DNA of 64,000 nt from the NCBI RefSeq assembly GCF_009914755.1, contig NC_060933.1; one strand, given 5' to 3'. Origin of the DNA: the human T2T-CHM13v2.0 reference genome, Homo sapiens. Of this stretch, positions 1 through 14,400 are shown one piece after another. The notes below the pieces were generated by a model that worked only from the letters and a program-made list of their open reading frames with translations, searched no databases and was not told the origin of the DNA. Position 1 is the stretch's first letter. Each line of letters starts with the position of its first letter. Both the position numbers and the translations under genes were made by a program.

Positions 1-3000
1 ATTCCATTCCGGATGATTCCATTCCATTGCATTCCATTCCGTTCCATTCGCCTGCACTCGGGTTGATTCCATTCCATTCCATTCCATTACATTCCGTTCC
101 ATTCCTTTCCATTCCATTCGGATTGATTCTATTCAATTCCCTTACACTCCATTACATTCCATTCCATTCGGGTAGTTTCCATTCCATTCCATTCCATTCC
201 TCTCCATTCCATTGCACTCGGGTTGATACCATTCCATTCCATTCCATTCCATTCCATTCCATTCCATTCCATTCCATTCCATTCCGTTCCATTGTACTCG
301 GGTTGATTCCATTCCATTGCATTCCATTCCATTCCATTCCATTCCATTCCGTTCCATTCCATTCCGTTCCATTCCATTACATTCGGATTGATTCTATTCA
401 ACTGCCTTACTCTCCATTACATTCCATTCCATTCGGGTTGTTCCATTCCATTCCATTCCATTCCACTCCATTCCATTGCACTCGGGTTGATTCCATTCCA
501 TTCCATTCCATTCCATTCCATTCCATTCCATTCCGGATGATTCCATTCCATTGCATTCCGTTCCAGTACATTCCCCTGCACTCGGGTTGATTCCATTCCA
601 TTCCATTCCATTCCATTCGATTCCATTCCATTCCAATTCATTCCATTCCATTCTATTCCGTACCATTCCATTCCATTCCATACAATTCCATTCCATTCCA
701 TTCAACTCCGTTCCGTTCCGTTCAGTTCCGTTCCGTTCCGTTCCATTCCATTCCATTCCATTCTATTCGGTTTAATTCCATTCCATTCCATTCCATTCCA
801 TTCTATTCCATTCCATTGCAATCGAGTTGAATCCATTGCATTCCATTCCATTCCATTCCATTCCATTCCATTGTACTCGGGTTGATTCCATTCCATTGCA
901 TTCCATTCCATTCCATTCCATTCCATTCCGTTCCATTCCATTCCATTACATTCGGATTGATTCTTTTCAACTCCCTTACTCTCCATTACATTCCATTCCA
1001 TTCGGGTTGTTCCATTCCATTCCATTCCATTCCACTCCATTCCATTGCACTCGGGTTGATTCCATTCCATTCCATTCCATTCCATTCCGGATGATTCCTT
1101 TCCATTGCATTCCGTTCCATTACATTCCCCTGCACTCGGGTTGATTCCATTCCATTCCATTCCATTCCATTCCATTCCATTCCATTCCATTCTCCTGCAC
1201 TCGCGTTGATTCCATTCCATTCCATTCCATTCCGTTCCATTCCATTCCATTCCATTCTATTCGGGTTAATTCCATTCCATTCCATTCCATTCCAATCGAT
1301 TTGATTCCATTCCATTCCATTCCATTCCATTCCATTCCACTCCATTCCAGTCCTTTCCATTCCATTACACTCGGGTTGACTCCTTTCTATTCCTTTCCAT
1401 TCCATTCCATTCCATTGCAATCGAGTTGATTCCATTGCTTTGCATTCCATTCCATTCCATTCCATTCCGGATGATTCCATTCCGTTGCATTCCATTCCAT
1501 TCCATTCCCCTGCACTCGGGTTGATTCCATTCCATTCCACTCCATTCCGTTCCATTCGATTCCATTCCATTCCATTGTATTCGGGTTAATTCCATTCCAT
1601 TCCAGTCCATTCCATTCCATTCCATTCCATTACAATCGAGTTGATTCCATTCAATTCCATTCCATTCCATTCCATTCCATTACAATCGAGTTGATTCCAT
1701 TCCATTCCATTCCATTCCATTCCAGTCCTTTCCATTCCATTCCACTCGGGTTGATTCAATTCTATTTGTTTCCATTCCATTCCATTCCCTTCCATTCCAC
1801 TCTGCTGATTCCATTCCTTTCCATTCCACTCGAATACATTCCCTCCTATTCCACTCGGAACGATTCCATTCCATTCCATTCCATTCCATTCCATTCCATT
1901 CCATTCCATTTCGTTCCATTCCATTCTATTCCGTATCATTCCATTCCATTCCATTCCATTCCATTCCAGTCCATTCCACTCCATTCCATTCCATTCCATT
2001 CCATTCCATTCCATTCCACTCGTGTTGATTCCATTCCTTTCCATTCCATTAGGTTTGAAGGCATTCCATTCCATTCCATTCCATTCCATTCCATTCCATT
2101 GTACTCGGGTTGATTCCATTCCATTGCATTCCATTCCATTCCATTCCGGATGATTCCATTCCATTGCATTCCATTCCATTCCATTCCCCTGCACTCGGGT
2201 TGATTCCATTCCATTCCATTCCATTACATTCCGTTCCATTCCATTCCATTCCATTCGGATTGATTCTATTCAATTCCCTTACACTCCATTACATTCCATT
2301 CCATTCGGGTAGTTTCCATTCCATTCCATTCCATTCCTCTCCATTCCATTGCACTCGGGTTGATTCCATTCCATTCCATTCCATTCCATTCCGGATGATT
2401 CCATTCCATTGCATTCCGTTCCATTACATTCCCCTGCACTCGCGTTGATTCCATTCCATTCCATTCCATTCCATTGAATTCCATTCCATTACAATTCCTT
2501 CCATTCCATTCTATTCCGTACCATTCCATTCCATTCCATAACATTCCATTGCATTCCATTCCATTCCATTCCATTCCATTCCATTCCACTCCATTCCAGT
2601 CCTTTCCATTCCATTCCAATCAGGTTGATTCCATTCTATTCCTTTCCATTCCATTCCTTTCCATTGCAATCGAGTTGATTCCATTGCTTTGCATTCCATT
2701 CCATTCCATTCCATTCCGGATGATTCCATTCCATTGCATTCCATTCCATTCCATTCCCCTGCACTCATGTTGAATCCATTCCATTCCACTCCATTCCGTT
2801 CCATTCCATTCCTTTCCATTACATTCCATTGTATTCGGGTTAATTCCATTCCATTCCATTCCATTCCATTCCATTCCATTCCATTCCATTCCATTACAAT
2901 CGAGTTGATTCCATTCCATTCCTTTCCATTCCATTCCAGTCCTTTCCATTCCATTCCACTCGGGGTGATTCCAATCTATTAGTTTCCATTCCATTACATT

Positions 3001-6000
3001 CCCTTCCATTCCACTCTGGTTGATTCCATTCCTTTCCATTCCACTCGAATACATTACCTCCTATTCCACTCCGAACGATTCCATTCCATTCCATTCCATT
3101 CCATTCCATTCCGTTCCATTCCATTCCATTACATTCGGATTGATACTATTCAATTCCTTTACACTCCATTACATTCCATTCCATTCGGGTAGTTTCCATT
3201 CCATTCCATTCCATTCCTCTCCATTCCATTGCACTCGGGTTGATTCCACTGCATTGCATTCCATTCCATTCCTTTCAATTCCATTCCGTTCCATTCCATT
3301 CCATTACATTCGGATTGATTCTATTCAACTCCCTTACTCTCCATTACATTCCATTCCATTCGGGTTGTTCCATTCCATTCCATTCCATTCCACTCCATTC
3401 CATTGCACTCGGGTTGATTCCATTCCATTCCATTCCATTCCATTCCATTCCATTCCATTCCGGATGATTCCATTCCATTACATTCCGTTCCATTACATTC
3501 CCTTGCACTCGGGTTGATTCCATTCCATTCCATTCCATTCCATTCGATTCCATTCCATTCCAATTCTTTCCATTCCATTCTATTCCGTACCATTCCATTC
3601 CATTCCATACAATTCCATTCCATTCCATTCCATTCCGTTCCGTTCCGTTCCGTTCCGTTCCGTTCCATTCCATTCCATTCCATTCTATTCAGGTTAATTC
3701 CATTCCATTCCATTCCATTCCATTCTATTCCATTCCATTGCAATCGAGTTGAATCCATTGCATTCCATTCCATTCCATTCCGAAAGATTCCATTGCATTG
3801 CATTCCATTCCATTCCATTCCCCTGCACTCGTGTTGATTCCATTCCATTCCATTCCATTCCATTCCATTCCGAACCGTTCCATTCCATTCCATTCCATTC
3901 CATTCCATTCCGTTCCGTTCCATTCCATTCCATTCCATTCCATTCTATGCGGGTTAATTCCATTCCATTCCATTCGATTGCAATCGAGTTGATTCCATTC
4001 CATTCCATTCCATTCCATTCCATTCCATTCCTTTCCTTTCCATTACATTACGTATGATTCCATTCCATTTCATTCCATTCCATTCCATTCCCCTGTACTC
4101 GGGTTGATTCCATTCCATTCCATTCCAATCCATGCCATTCCACTCGTGTTGATTCCATTCTTTCCATTCCATTCAAGTTGAATCCATTCCATTGCATTCC
4201 ATTCCATTCGATTCCATTCGATTGCACTCGGGTTGATTCCATGGCTTTGCATTCCATTCCATTCCATTCCATTGCTTTCCATTCCATTCCATTCCCCTGT
4301 AGTCGGGTTGATTCCATTCCATTCCATTCCATTCCATTCCATTCCATTCCGTTCTGTTCCGTTCCGTTCCGTTCCATTCCATTCCATTCCATTCTATTCG
4401 GGTTAATTCCATTCCATTCCCTTCCATTCCATTCCATTCCATTCCAATCGAGTTGATTCCATTCCATTCCATTCCATTCCATTCCACTCCATTCCAGTCC
4501 TTTCCATTCCATTCCACTCGGGTTGATTCCAATGTATTCCTTTCCATTCCATTCCATTCCATTGCAATCGAGTTGATTCCATTGCTTTGCATTCCATTCC
4601 ATTCCATTCCATTCCGGATGACTCCATTCCATTGCATTCCATTCCATTGCATTCCCCTGCACTCGGGTTGATTCCATTCCATTCCACTCCATTCCGTTGC
4701 ATTCCATTCCATTCCATTGTATTCGGGTTAATTCCATTCCATTCCATTCCATTCCATTCCATTCCAATCGAGTTGATTCCATTCCATTCCATTCCATTCC
4801 ATTCCATTCCATTCCCTTCCATTCCACTCTGGTTGATTCCATTCCTTTCCATTCCACTCGAATACATTCCCTCCTATTCCACTCGGAACGATTCCATTCC
4901 ATTTCATTCCATTCCATTCCATTCCATTGCATTCCATTCCATTTCGTTCCATTACATTCTATTCCGTATCATTCCATTCCATTCCATTCCATTCCATTCC
5001 ATTCCATTCCATTCCATTCCATTCCACTCGTGTTGATTCCATTCCTTTCCATTCCATTCGGTTTGAAGGCTTTCCATTCCATTCCATTCCATTCCATTCC
5101 ATTCCATTCCATTCCATTCTACTCGGGTTGATTCCATTCCATTGCATTCCATTCCATTCCATTCCATTCCAATCCGTTGCATTCCATTCCATTACATTCG
5201 GATTGATTCTATTCAACTCCCTTACTCTCCATTACATTCCATTCCATTCGGGTTGTTCCATTCCATTCCATTCCATTCCACTCCATTCCATTGCACTCGG
5301 GTTGATTCCATTCCATTCCATTCCATTCCATTCCATTCCGGATGATTCCATTCCATTGCATTCCGTTCCATTACATTCCCCTGCACTCGCGTTGATTCCA
5401 TTCCTTTCCATTCCATTCCATTCCATTCAATTCCATTCCATTACAATTCGTTCCATTCCATTCTATTCCGTACCATTCCATTCCATTCCATACCATTCCA
5501 TTCCATTCCATTCCATTCCATTCCATTCCGTTCCATTCCGTTCCATTCCATTCCATTCCATTCTATTCGGGTTAATTCCTTTCCATTCCATTCCATTCCA
5601 TTCCATTCCATTCCAATCTATTCCATTCCATTGCAATCGAGTTGAATCAATTGCATTTCATTCCATTCCATTCCATTCCATTCCATTCCATTGCAATCGA
5701 GTTGAATCCATTGCATTTCATTCCATTCCATTCCATTCCATTCCATTCCGGAAGATTCCATTCCATTGCATTCCATTCCATTCCATTCCCCTGCACTCGC
5801 GTTGATTCCTTTCCATTCCATTCCATTCCATTCCATTCCATTCCGTTCCGTTCCGTTCCATTTCATTCCATTCCATTCCATTCCATTCCATTCCGTTCCG
5901 TTCCATTCCATTCCATTCCATTCTATTCGGGTTAATTCCATTCCATTCCATTCGATTGCAATCGAGTTGATTCCATTCCATTCCATTCCATTCCATTCCA

Positions 6001-8450
6001 TTCCATTCCATTCCAATCGAGTTGATTGCATTCCATTCCATTACATTCCATTCCACTCCATTCCAGTCCTTTCCATTCCATTCCACTCGGGTTGATTCCA
6101 TTCTATTCCTTTCCATTCCATTCCATTCCATTGCAATCGAGTTGATTCAATTGCTTTGCATTCCATTCCATTCCATTCCATTCCGGATGATTCCATTCCA
6201 TTGCATTCCATTCCATTCCATTCCCCTTCACTCGGGTTGATTCCATTCCATTCCACTCCATTCCGTTCCATTCCATTCCATTCCATTTTATTCGGGTTAA
6301 TTCCATTCCATGCCATTCCATTCCATTCCATTCCATTCCATTCCATTCCATTCTATTACAATCGAGTTGATTCCATTCCATTCCATTCCATTCCATTCCA
6401 TTCCATTCCAGTCCTTTGCATTCCATTCCACTCGGGTTGATTCCATTCTATTAGTTTCCATTCCATTCCATTCCCTTCCATTCCACTCTGGTTGATTCCA
6501 TTCCTTTCCATTCCAATCGAATACATTCCCTCCTATTCCACTCGGATCGATTCCATTCCATTCCATTCCATTCCATTCCATTCCATTCCATTCCATTCCA
6601 TTTCGTTCCATTCCATTCTATTCCGTACCATTCCATTCCATTCCATTCCTTTCCATTCCATTCCATTCCATTCCATTCCTCTCTTGTTGATTCCATTCCT
6701 TTCCATTCCATTCGGTTTGAAGGCATTCCATTCCATTCAATTCCATTCCATTCCATTCCATTCCATTCCATTCCATTGTACTCGGGTTGATTCCATTCCA
6801 TTCCATTCCATTCCATTCCATTCCATTCCGTTGCATTCCATTCCATTACATTCGGACTGATTCTATTCAACTCCCTTACTCTCCATTACATTCCATTCCA
6901 TTCGGGTTGTTCCATTCCATTCCATTCCATTCCACTCCATTCCATTGCACTCGGGTTGATTCCATTCCATTCCATTCCATACCATTCCATTCCATTCCAT
7001 TCCATTCCATTCCGTTCCATTCCGTTCCATTCCATTCCATTCCATTCTATTCGTGTTAATTCCATTCCATTCCATTCCATTCCATTCTATTCGTGTTAAT
7101 TCCATTCCATTCCATTCCATTCCATTCTATTCCATTCCATTGCAGTCGAGTTGAATCCATTGCATTTCATGCCATTCCATTCCATTCCATTCCATTCCGG
7201 AAGATTCCATTCCATTGCATTCCATACCATTCCATTTCCCTGCACTCGCGTTGATTCCATTCCATTCCATTCCATTCCATTCCATTCCGTTCCGTTCCGT
7301 TCCATTCCATTCTATTCCATTCCATTGCATTCCATTCCGTTCCGTTCCATTCCATTCCATTCCATTCTATTTGGGTTAATTCCATTCCATTCCATTCGAT
7401 TGCAATCGAGTTGATTCCATTCCATTCCATTCCATTCCATTCCATTCCATTCCATTCCATTCCATTCCTTTCCATTACATTACGGATGATTCCATTCCAT
7501 TGCATTCCATTCCATTCCATTCCCCTGTACTCGGGTTGATTCCATTCCATTCCATTCCAATCCATGCCATTCCACTCGTATTGATTCCATTCTTTCCATT
7601 CCATTCAAGTTGAATCCATTCCATTGCATTCCATTCCATTCGATTCCATTCGATTGCACTCGGGTTGATTCCATTCCATTGTATTCCATTCCATTCCATT
7701 CCATTCCATTCCATTCCATTCCATTCCGTTCCATTCCATTCCATTACATTCGGATTGATTCTATTCAATTCCCTTACACTCCATTACATTCCATTCCATT
7801 CGGGTAGTTTCCATTCCATTCCATTCCATTCCTCTCCATTCCATTGCACTCGGGTTGATTCCATTCCATTGCATTCCATTCGATACCATTCAATTCCATT
7901 CCGTTCCATTCCATTCCATTACATTCGGATTGATTCTATTCAACTCCCTTACTCTCCATTACATTCGATTCCGTTCGGGTTGTTCCATTCCATTCCATTC
8001 CATTCCTCTCCATTTCATTGCACTCGGGTTGATTCCATTCCATTCCATTCCATTCCGGAAGATTCCATTCCATTGCATTCCATTAAATTCCATTCCCCTG
8101 TACTCGCGTTGATTCCATTCCATTCCATTCCATTCCATTGCATTCCATTGCATTCCATTGCATTACATTCCTCTGCACTCAGGTTGATTCCTTTCCATTC
8201 CATTCCATTCCATTCCATTCTATTCGCGTTAATTCCATTCCACTCCATTCCATTACATTCCATTGCAATCGACTTGATTCCATTCCATTCCATTCCATTC
8301 CATTCCATTCCATTCCATTCAAGTCCTTTCCATTCCATTCCACTCGCGTTGATTCCATTTTATTAGTTTCCATTCCATTCCATTCCCTTCCATTCCACTC
8401 TGGTTGATTCCATTCCTTTCCATTCTACTCGATTGCATTCCCTTCTATTC
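1..8450 (+). repeat. HSat3 subtype-A domain (informal label)
   Basis: Rich in CCGGATGATT, CAACTCCCTTACTCTCC, GAATACATTCCCTCCTATTCCACTCGGAACG, GTTTGAAGGC and CCAGTCCTTTCC. Boundary approximate. Confidence 0.7.
5745..5759. promoter_or_regulatory. Perfect three-unit heat-shock element match (representative of 19 copies)
   Basis: aTTCcgGAAgaTTCc matches the nTTCnnGAAnnTTCn HSF consensus exactly. Occupancy and function are not shown by sequence. Confidence 0.5.
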
Positions 8451-11400
8451 CACTCGGATTGATTCCATTCCATTCCGTTCCATTCCATTCCATTTCGTTC
8501 CATTCCATTCTATTCCATTCCATTCCATTCCATTCCTTTCCATTCCATTCCGTTCCATTCCATTCCATTCCATTCCATTTCTTTCCATTCCATTCTATTC
8601 CATACCATTCCATTCCATTCCGTTCCATGCCATTCCACTCGGGTTGATTCCATTGTTTTCCATTCCATTTGGGTTGAATCCATTCCATTCCATTCCATTC
8701 CATTCCATTCCATTCCGTTCCATTCCATTCCATTACATTCGTATTGATTGTATTCAATTCCCTTACACTCCATTACATTCCATTCCATTCGGGTTGTTTC
8801 CATTCCATGCCATTCCATTCCACTCCATTCCATTGCAGTCGGGTTGATTCCATTCCATTCCATTCCATTCCCTTCCATTCCATTTCGTTCCATTCCATTC
8901 TATTCCATACCATTCCATTCCATTCCATTCCATTCCATTCCATTCCATTCCATGCCATTCCACTCGGGTTGATTCCTTTCCATTCCATTCCATTCGGGTT
9001 GAAACCATTCCATTCTATTCAATTCCATTCCATTTCGGATGATTGCATTCCATTGCCTTCCATTCAATTGCATTCCCCAGCACCCGGGTTGATTCCATTC
9101 AATTCCATTCCATTCCATTCCGTTCCATTCCATTCCATACCATTCCATTCCATTCCATTCCATTCTATTTGGGTTAATTCCATTCCATTCCATTCCATTC
9201 CATTCAGTTTCATTGCAATCGGGTTGATTCCATTCCGTTCCATTCCATTGCATTCCATTCCATTCCATTCCATTCCATTCCATTCCATTCCATTCCATTC
9301 CACTCGGGTTGATTCCATTCCTTTCCATTCCATTCGGGGTGAAGCCTTTCCATTCCATTCCATTCCTTTCGATTCCATTCCATTGCACTCGGGTGGATCC
9401 CATTCCTTTGCATTCCATTCCATTCCATTCCATTCCATTCCATTCCCTTCCATTCCATTCCATTCTATTCCATTCCATTCCATTCTATTAGGGTTAATTC
9501 CATTCCATTCCATTCCATTCCATTCCAATCCATTCCATTCCATTCCTTTGCAATCGAGTTTATTCCATTCCATTCCATTCCATTCCATTCCATTCCATTC
9601 CATTCCATTCCATTCCATTCAATTCCATTGAACTCGGGTTGATTCCATTCCATTCCATGCCATTCCATTTCATTCCAATCCATTGCCTTCCATTCCATTC
9701 CATTCCTCTGCACTCGGGTTGATTCCATTCCTTTCCATTCCATTCGATTCCATTCCATGCCATTCCACTCGGGTTGATTCCATTACTTTCCATTCCATTC
9801 GAGTTGAATCCATTCCATTCGATTCCATTCCATTCGATTCCATTCCATTGCTCACGGGTTCATTCCATTCCATTCCATTCCATTCCATTCTGTTCCATTT
9901 CATTCCATTTCGTTCCATTCCATTCTCTTCCGTACCATTCCATTCCATTCCATTCCACTCCATTCCATGCCGTTCCACTCGGGTTTATTCCATTCCTTTC
10001 CATTCCATTCGGGTTGAATTCATTCCATTCCATTCCATTCCATTCCATTCCATTCCATTCCATTGCACTCGGGTTGATTCCATTCCATTCCATTCCATTC
10101 CACTCCATTCCATTGCACTCGGGTTGATTCCATTCCTTTCCATTCCATTCCAGTTGAACCCATTCCATTCTATTCCATTCCATTCCATTCCATTCCATTC
10201 CATTCCATTGCACACGGGTTCATTCCATTCCATTGCATTCCATTCCATTCCATTCCATTCCATTTCGTTCCATTCCATTCTATTCCTTACCATTCCATTC
10301 CATTCCATTCCATTCCCTTCCATGCCATTTCACTCGGGTTTATTCCATTCCTTTCCATTCCATGCGGGTGGAATCCATTCCATTCCATTCCATTCCATTC
10401 CATTCCATTGAACTCGGGTTGATTCCATTCCATTCCATGCCATTCCATTTCATTCCATTCCATTCCATTCCGTTCCATTCCATTCCATTCCTTTCCGTTC
10501 AATTCCATTACATTCGGATTGATTCTTTTTAATTCCCTTACACTCCATTACATTCCATTCCATTCGGGTAGTTTCCATTCCATTCCATTCCATTCCTCTG
10601 CATTCTATTGCACTCGGGTTGATTGATTCCATTCCATTGCATTCCATTCCATTCAGGATGATTTCATTCCATTGCATTCCATTCCATTCCATTCCCCTGC
10701 ACTCGTGTTGATTCCATTCCTTTCCATTCCATTCCATTCCGTTCCATTCCATTCCATTACATTCATACTGATTGTACTCAATTCCCTTACACTCCATTAC
10801 ATTCCATTCCATTCTGGTTGTTTCCATTCCATTACATTCCATTCTACTCCATTCCATTGCACTCAGGTTGATTCCATTCCATTCCATTCTATTTCGTTCC
10901 ATTCCATTCTATTCCGTACCATTCCATTCCATTCCATTCCATTCCATGCCATTCCACTCAGTTTTATTACATTCCTTTCCATTCCATTCGGGTGGAATCC
11001 ATTCCATTCCATTCCATTCCATTCCATTCCATTCCATTCCATTCCTTTGCACTCGGGTTGATTCCATTCCATTCCCTGCCATTCCATTTCATTCAATTCC
11101 ATTCCATTCCATTCCATTCCATTCCATTCCATTCCGTTCCATTCCATTCCATTACATTCGGATTGATTGTATTCAATTCCCTTACACTCCATTACATTCC
11201 GTTCCATTCGGGTTGTTTCCGTTCCATTACATTCCATTCCACTCCATTCCATTGCACTCAGGTTGATTCCATTCCATTCCATTCCATTCCATTCCATTCC
11301 ATTCCATTCCATTTCGTTCCATTCCATTCTATTCCGTACCATTCCATTCCATTCCATTCCATTCCATTCCATTCCATGCCATTCCACTCGGGTTGATTCC

Positions 11401-14400
11401 ATTCCTTTCCATTCCATTCGGGTTGAATCCATTCCATTCCATTCCATTGCATTCCGTTCCATTCCATTCTCCTGCAATCGGGTGGATTCCATTCTATTCC
11501 ATTCCATTCCATTCATTCCATTCCATTCCATTCCATTTCGTTCCATTCCATTCTATTCCGTACCTTTCCATTCCATTCCATTCCATTCCATTCCATTCCA
11601 TGCCATGCCATTCCTCTCGAGTTGATTCCATTCCTTTCCATTCCATTCTAGTTGAATCCATTCCATTGCATTCCATTCCATTCGATTCCATTCAATTGCA
11701 CACGGGTTCATTCCATTCCATTCCATTCGATTCCATTCAATTGCACACGGGTTCATTCCATTCCATTCCATTCCATTCCATTCCATTCCATTCCATTCCA
11801 TTTCGTTCCATTCCATTCTATTCCGTACCATTCCCTTCCATTCCATTCCATTCCACTCCATTCCATGCCATTCCACTCGGGTTTATTCCATTCCTTTCCA
11901 TTCCATTCGGGTTGAATCCATTCCATTCGGGTTGAATCCATTCCATTCCATTCCATTCCATTCCATTCCATTCCATTCCATTCCATGCCATTCCACTCGG
12001 GTTGATTCCATTCCTTTAAATTCCATTCGAGTTGAACCCATTCCATTCCATTCCATTCCATTCCATTCCATTCCATTCCATTCCATTGCTCACAGGTTCA
12101 TTCCATCCAATTCCATTCCATTCCATTCCATTCCATTCCATTTCGTTCCATTCCATTCTACTCCGTACCATTGCATTCCATTCCATTCCCTTCCATGCCA
12201 TTTCACTCGGGTTTATTCCTTTCCTTTCTATTCCATTCGGGTTGAATCCATTCCATTCCATTCCATTGCATTCCATTCCATTCCATTCCCCTGCAATCGT
12301 GTGGGTTCCATTCTATTCCATTCCATTCCATTCCATTCCATTCCATTCCATTGCATTCCATTCCATTCCATTTCGTTCAATTCCATTCTATTCCGTACCC
12401 TTCCATTCCATTCCATTCCATTCCATGCCATGCCATTCCACTCGGGTTGATTCCATTGCTTTCCATTCCATTTGGGTTGAATCTAATCCATTCCATTGCA
12501 TTCCATTCCATTCCATTCCACTGCACTAGGTTTGATTCCATTTCACTGCATTCCATTCCATTCCATTCCATTAAATTCCATTCCACTCGGGTTGATTCCA
12601 TTCCTTTCCATTCCATTGGTGTTGAATCCATTCCATTCCATTCCATTACTTTCGATTCCATTCCATTGCACTCGGGTTGAACCCATTCCATTGGATTCCA
12701 TTCCATTCCATTGCATTCCATTCCGTTCCTTTCCATTCCATTACATTCGTATTGATTCTATTCACTTCCCTTACACTCCATTCCATTCCATTCCATTCGG
12801 GTTGTTTCCATTCCATTCCATTCCATTCCACTCCATTCCATTGCAATCAGGTTGATTCCATTCCATTCCATTCCATTCCATTCCGTATGATTCCATTCCA
12901 TTGCATTCCATTCCATTCCATTCCCCTGCACTCGGGTGGATTCCATTCTATTCCATTCCATTCCATTCCACTCTATTCCATTCCATTCCATTCCATTCCA
13001 TTCCATTCCATTCTATTCGGGTTAATTTCATTCCATTCCATTCCATTCCATTCCATTGCATTCCATTCCATTCCATTGAAATCAAGTTGATTCCATTTCA
13101 TTCCATTCCATTCCATTCCATTCCATTCCATTCCATTGCATTCTATTCCGGTTAATTCCATTCCATTCCATTCCATTCCATTCCCTTCCATTCCATTCCA
13201 TTCCATTCTAATAGGGTTAATTCCATTCCATTCCATTCCATTACATTCCATTGCAATCGAGTTGATTCCATTCCATTCCATTCAATTCCGGATGATTGCA
13301 TTCCATTGCCTTCCATTCCATTCCATTCCCCTGCACTCGGGTTGATTCCATTCCATTCCTTTCCATTCCATTCCATTCCATTCCATTTCGTTTCATTCCG
13401 TTCTATTCCGTACCATTCCATTCCATTCCATTCCATTTCATTCCATTCCATTCCATGCCATTCCACTCGGGTTGATTCCATTCCTTTCCATTCCATTCGA
13501 CTTGAATCCATTCCATTCCATTCCATTCCATTCGATTCCATTCCATTGCACTCGGGTTCATTCCATTCCATTCCATTCCATTCCATTCCATTCCATTCCA
13601 TTCCATTCCATTCCATTCCACTCGGGATGATTCCATTCCTTTCCATTCCATTCGGGTTGAAACCATTCCATTCCATTCCATTCCTTTCGATTCCATTCCA
13701 TTCCATTACATTCGGATTGATTCTATTCAATTCCCTTACACTCCATTACATTCCATTCCATTCGGGTTGTTTCCATTCCATTCCATTCCATTCCACTCCA
13801 TTCCATTGCAATCGGGTTGATTCCATTCCATTCCATTCCATTCCATTCCGTTCCATTCCATTCCATTCCATTCTGTTCAGGTTAATTCCATTCCATTCCA
13901 TTCCCTTCCATTCCATTCCATTCCATTCCATCCAATTGCAATCGAGTTGATTCCTTTGCATTCCATTCCATTCCATTCCATTCCATTGCATTCCATTCCA
14001 TTAGATTCCATTCCATTGCATTCCATTCCATTCCATTCCCCTGCACTCAGATTGATTCCATTCCATCCCATTCCATTCCATTCCGTTCCATTCCATTCCA
14101 TTCCATTCTATTCGCGTTAATTCCATTCCATTCCATTACATTCCATTGCAATCGAGTTGATTCCATTCCATTCCGTTCCATTCCATTCCATTCCATTCCA
14201 TTTCGTTCCATTCCATTCTATTCCGTACCATTCCATTCCATTCCATTCCATTCCATTCCATGCCATTCCACTCGGGTTGATTCTATTGCTTTCCATTCCA
14301 TTTGGGTTGAATCCAATCCATTCCATTCCATTCCATTCCATTCCATTCCATTGCACTAGGTTTGATTCCATTCCACTGCATTCCATTCCATTCTGTTCCA

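Noticed and set aside
115-160. Recurrent complex motif CGGATTGATTCTATTCAA(T/C)TCCCTTAC(A/T)CTCC resembling a CRISPR repeat with spacers
   Set aside because: Spacing is irregular (hundreds of bp to kb), the intervening DNA is pentamer satellite rather than unique spacers, the motif is itself degenerate CATTC, and there are no cas genes.
1828-8460. Possible regular 1.8 kb higher-order repeat marked by GAATACATTCCCTCC
   Set aside because: Marker spacings are about 1.2, 1.8, 1.7 and 1.9 kb here and about 0.5-5.4 kb elsewhere, so there is no homogeneous HOR. Assignment to a named 1.8 kb or 3.6 kb (DYZ1) array is not supportable by eye.
11158-11180. TGATTGTATTC / TGATTCTATTC as DUX4 sites
   Set aside because: At least two mismatches to the DUX4 consensus TGATTRRRTTA; too weak to call.
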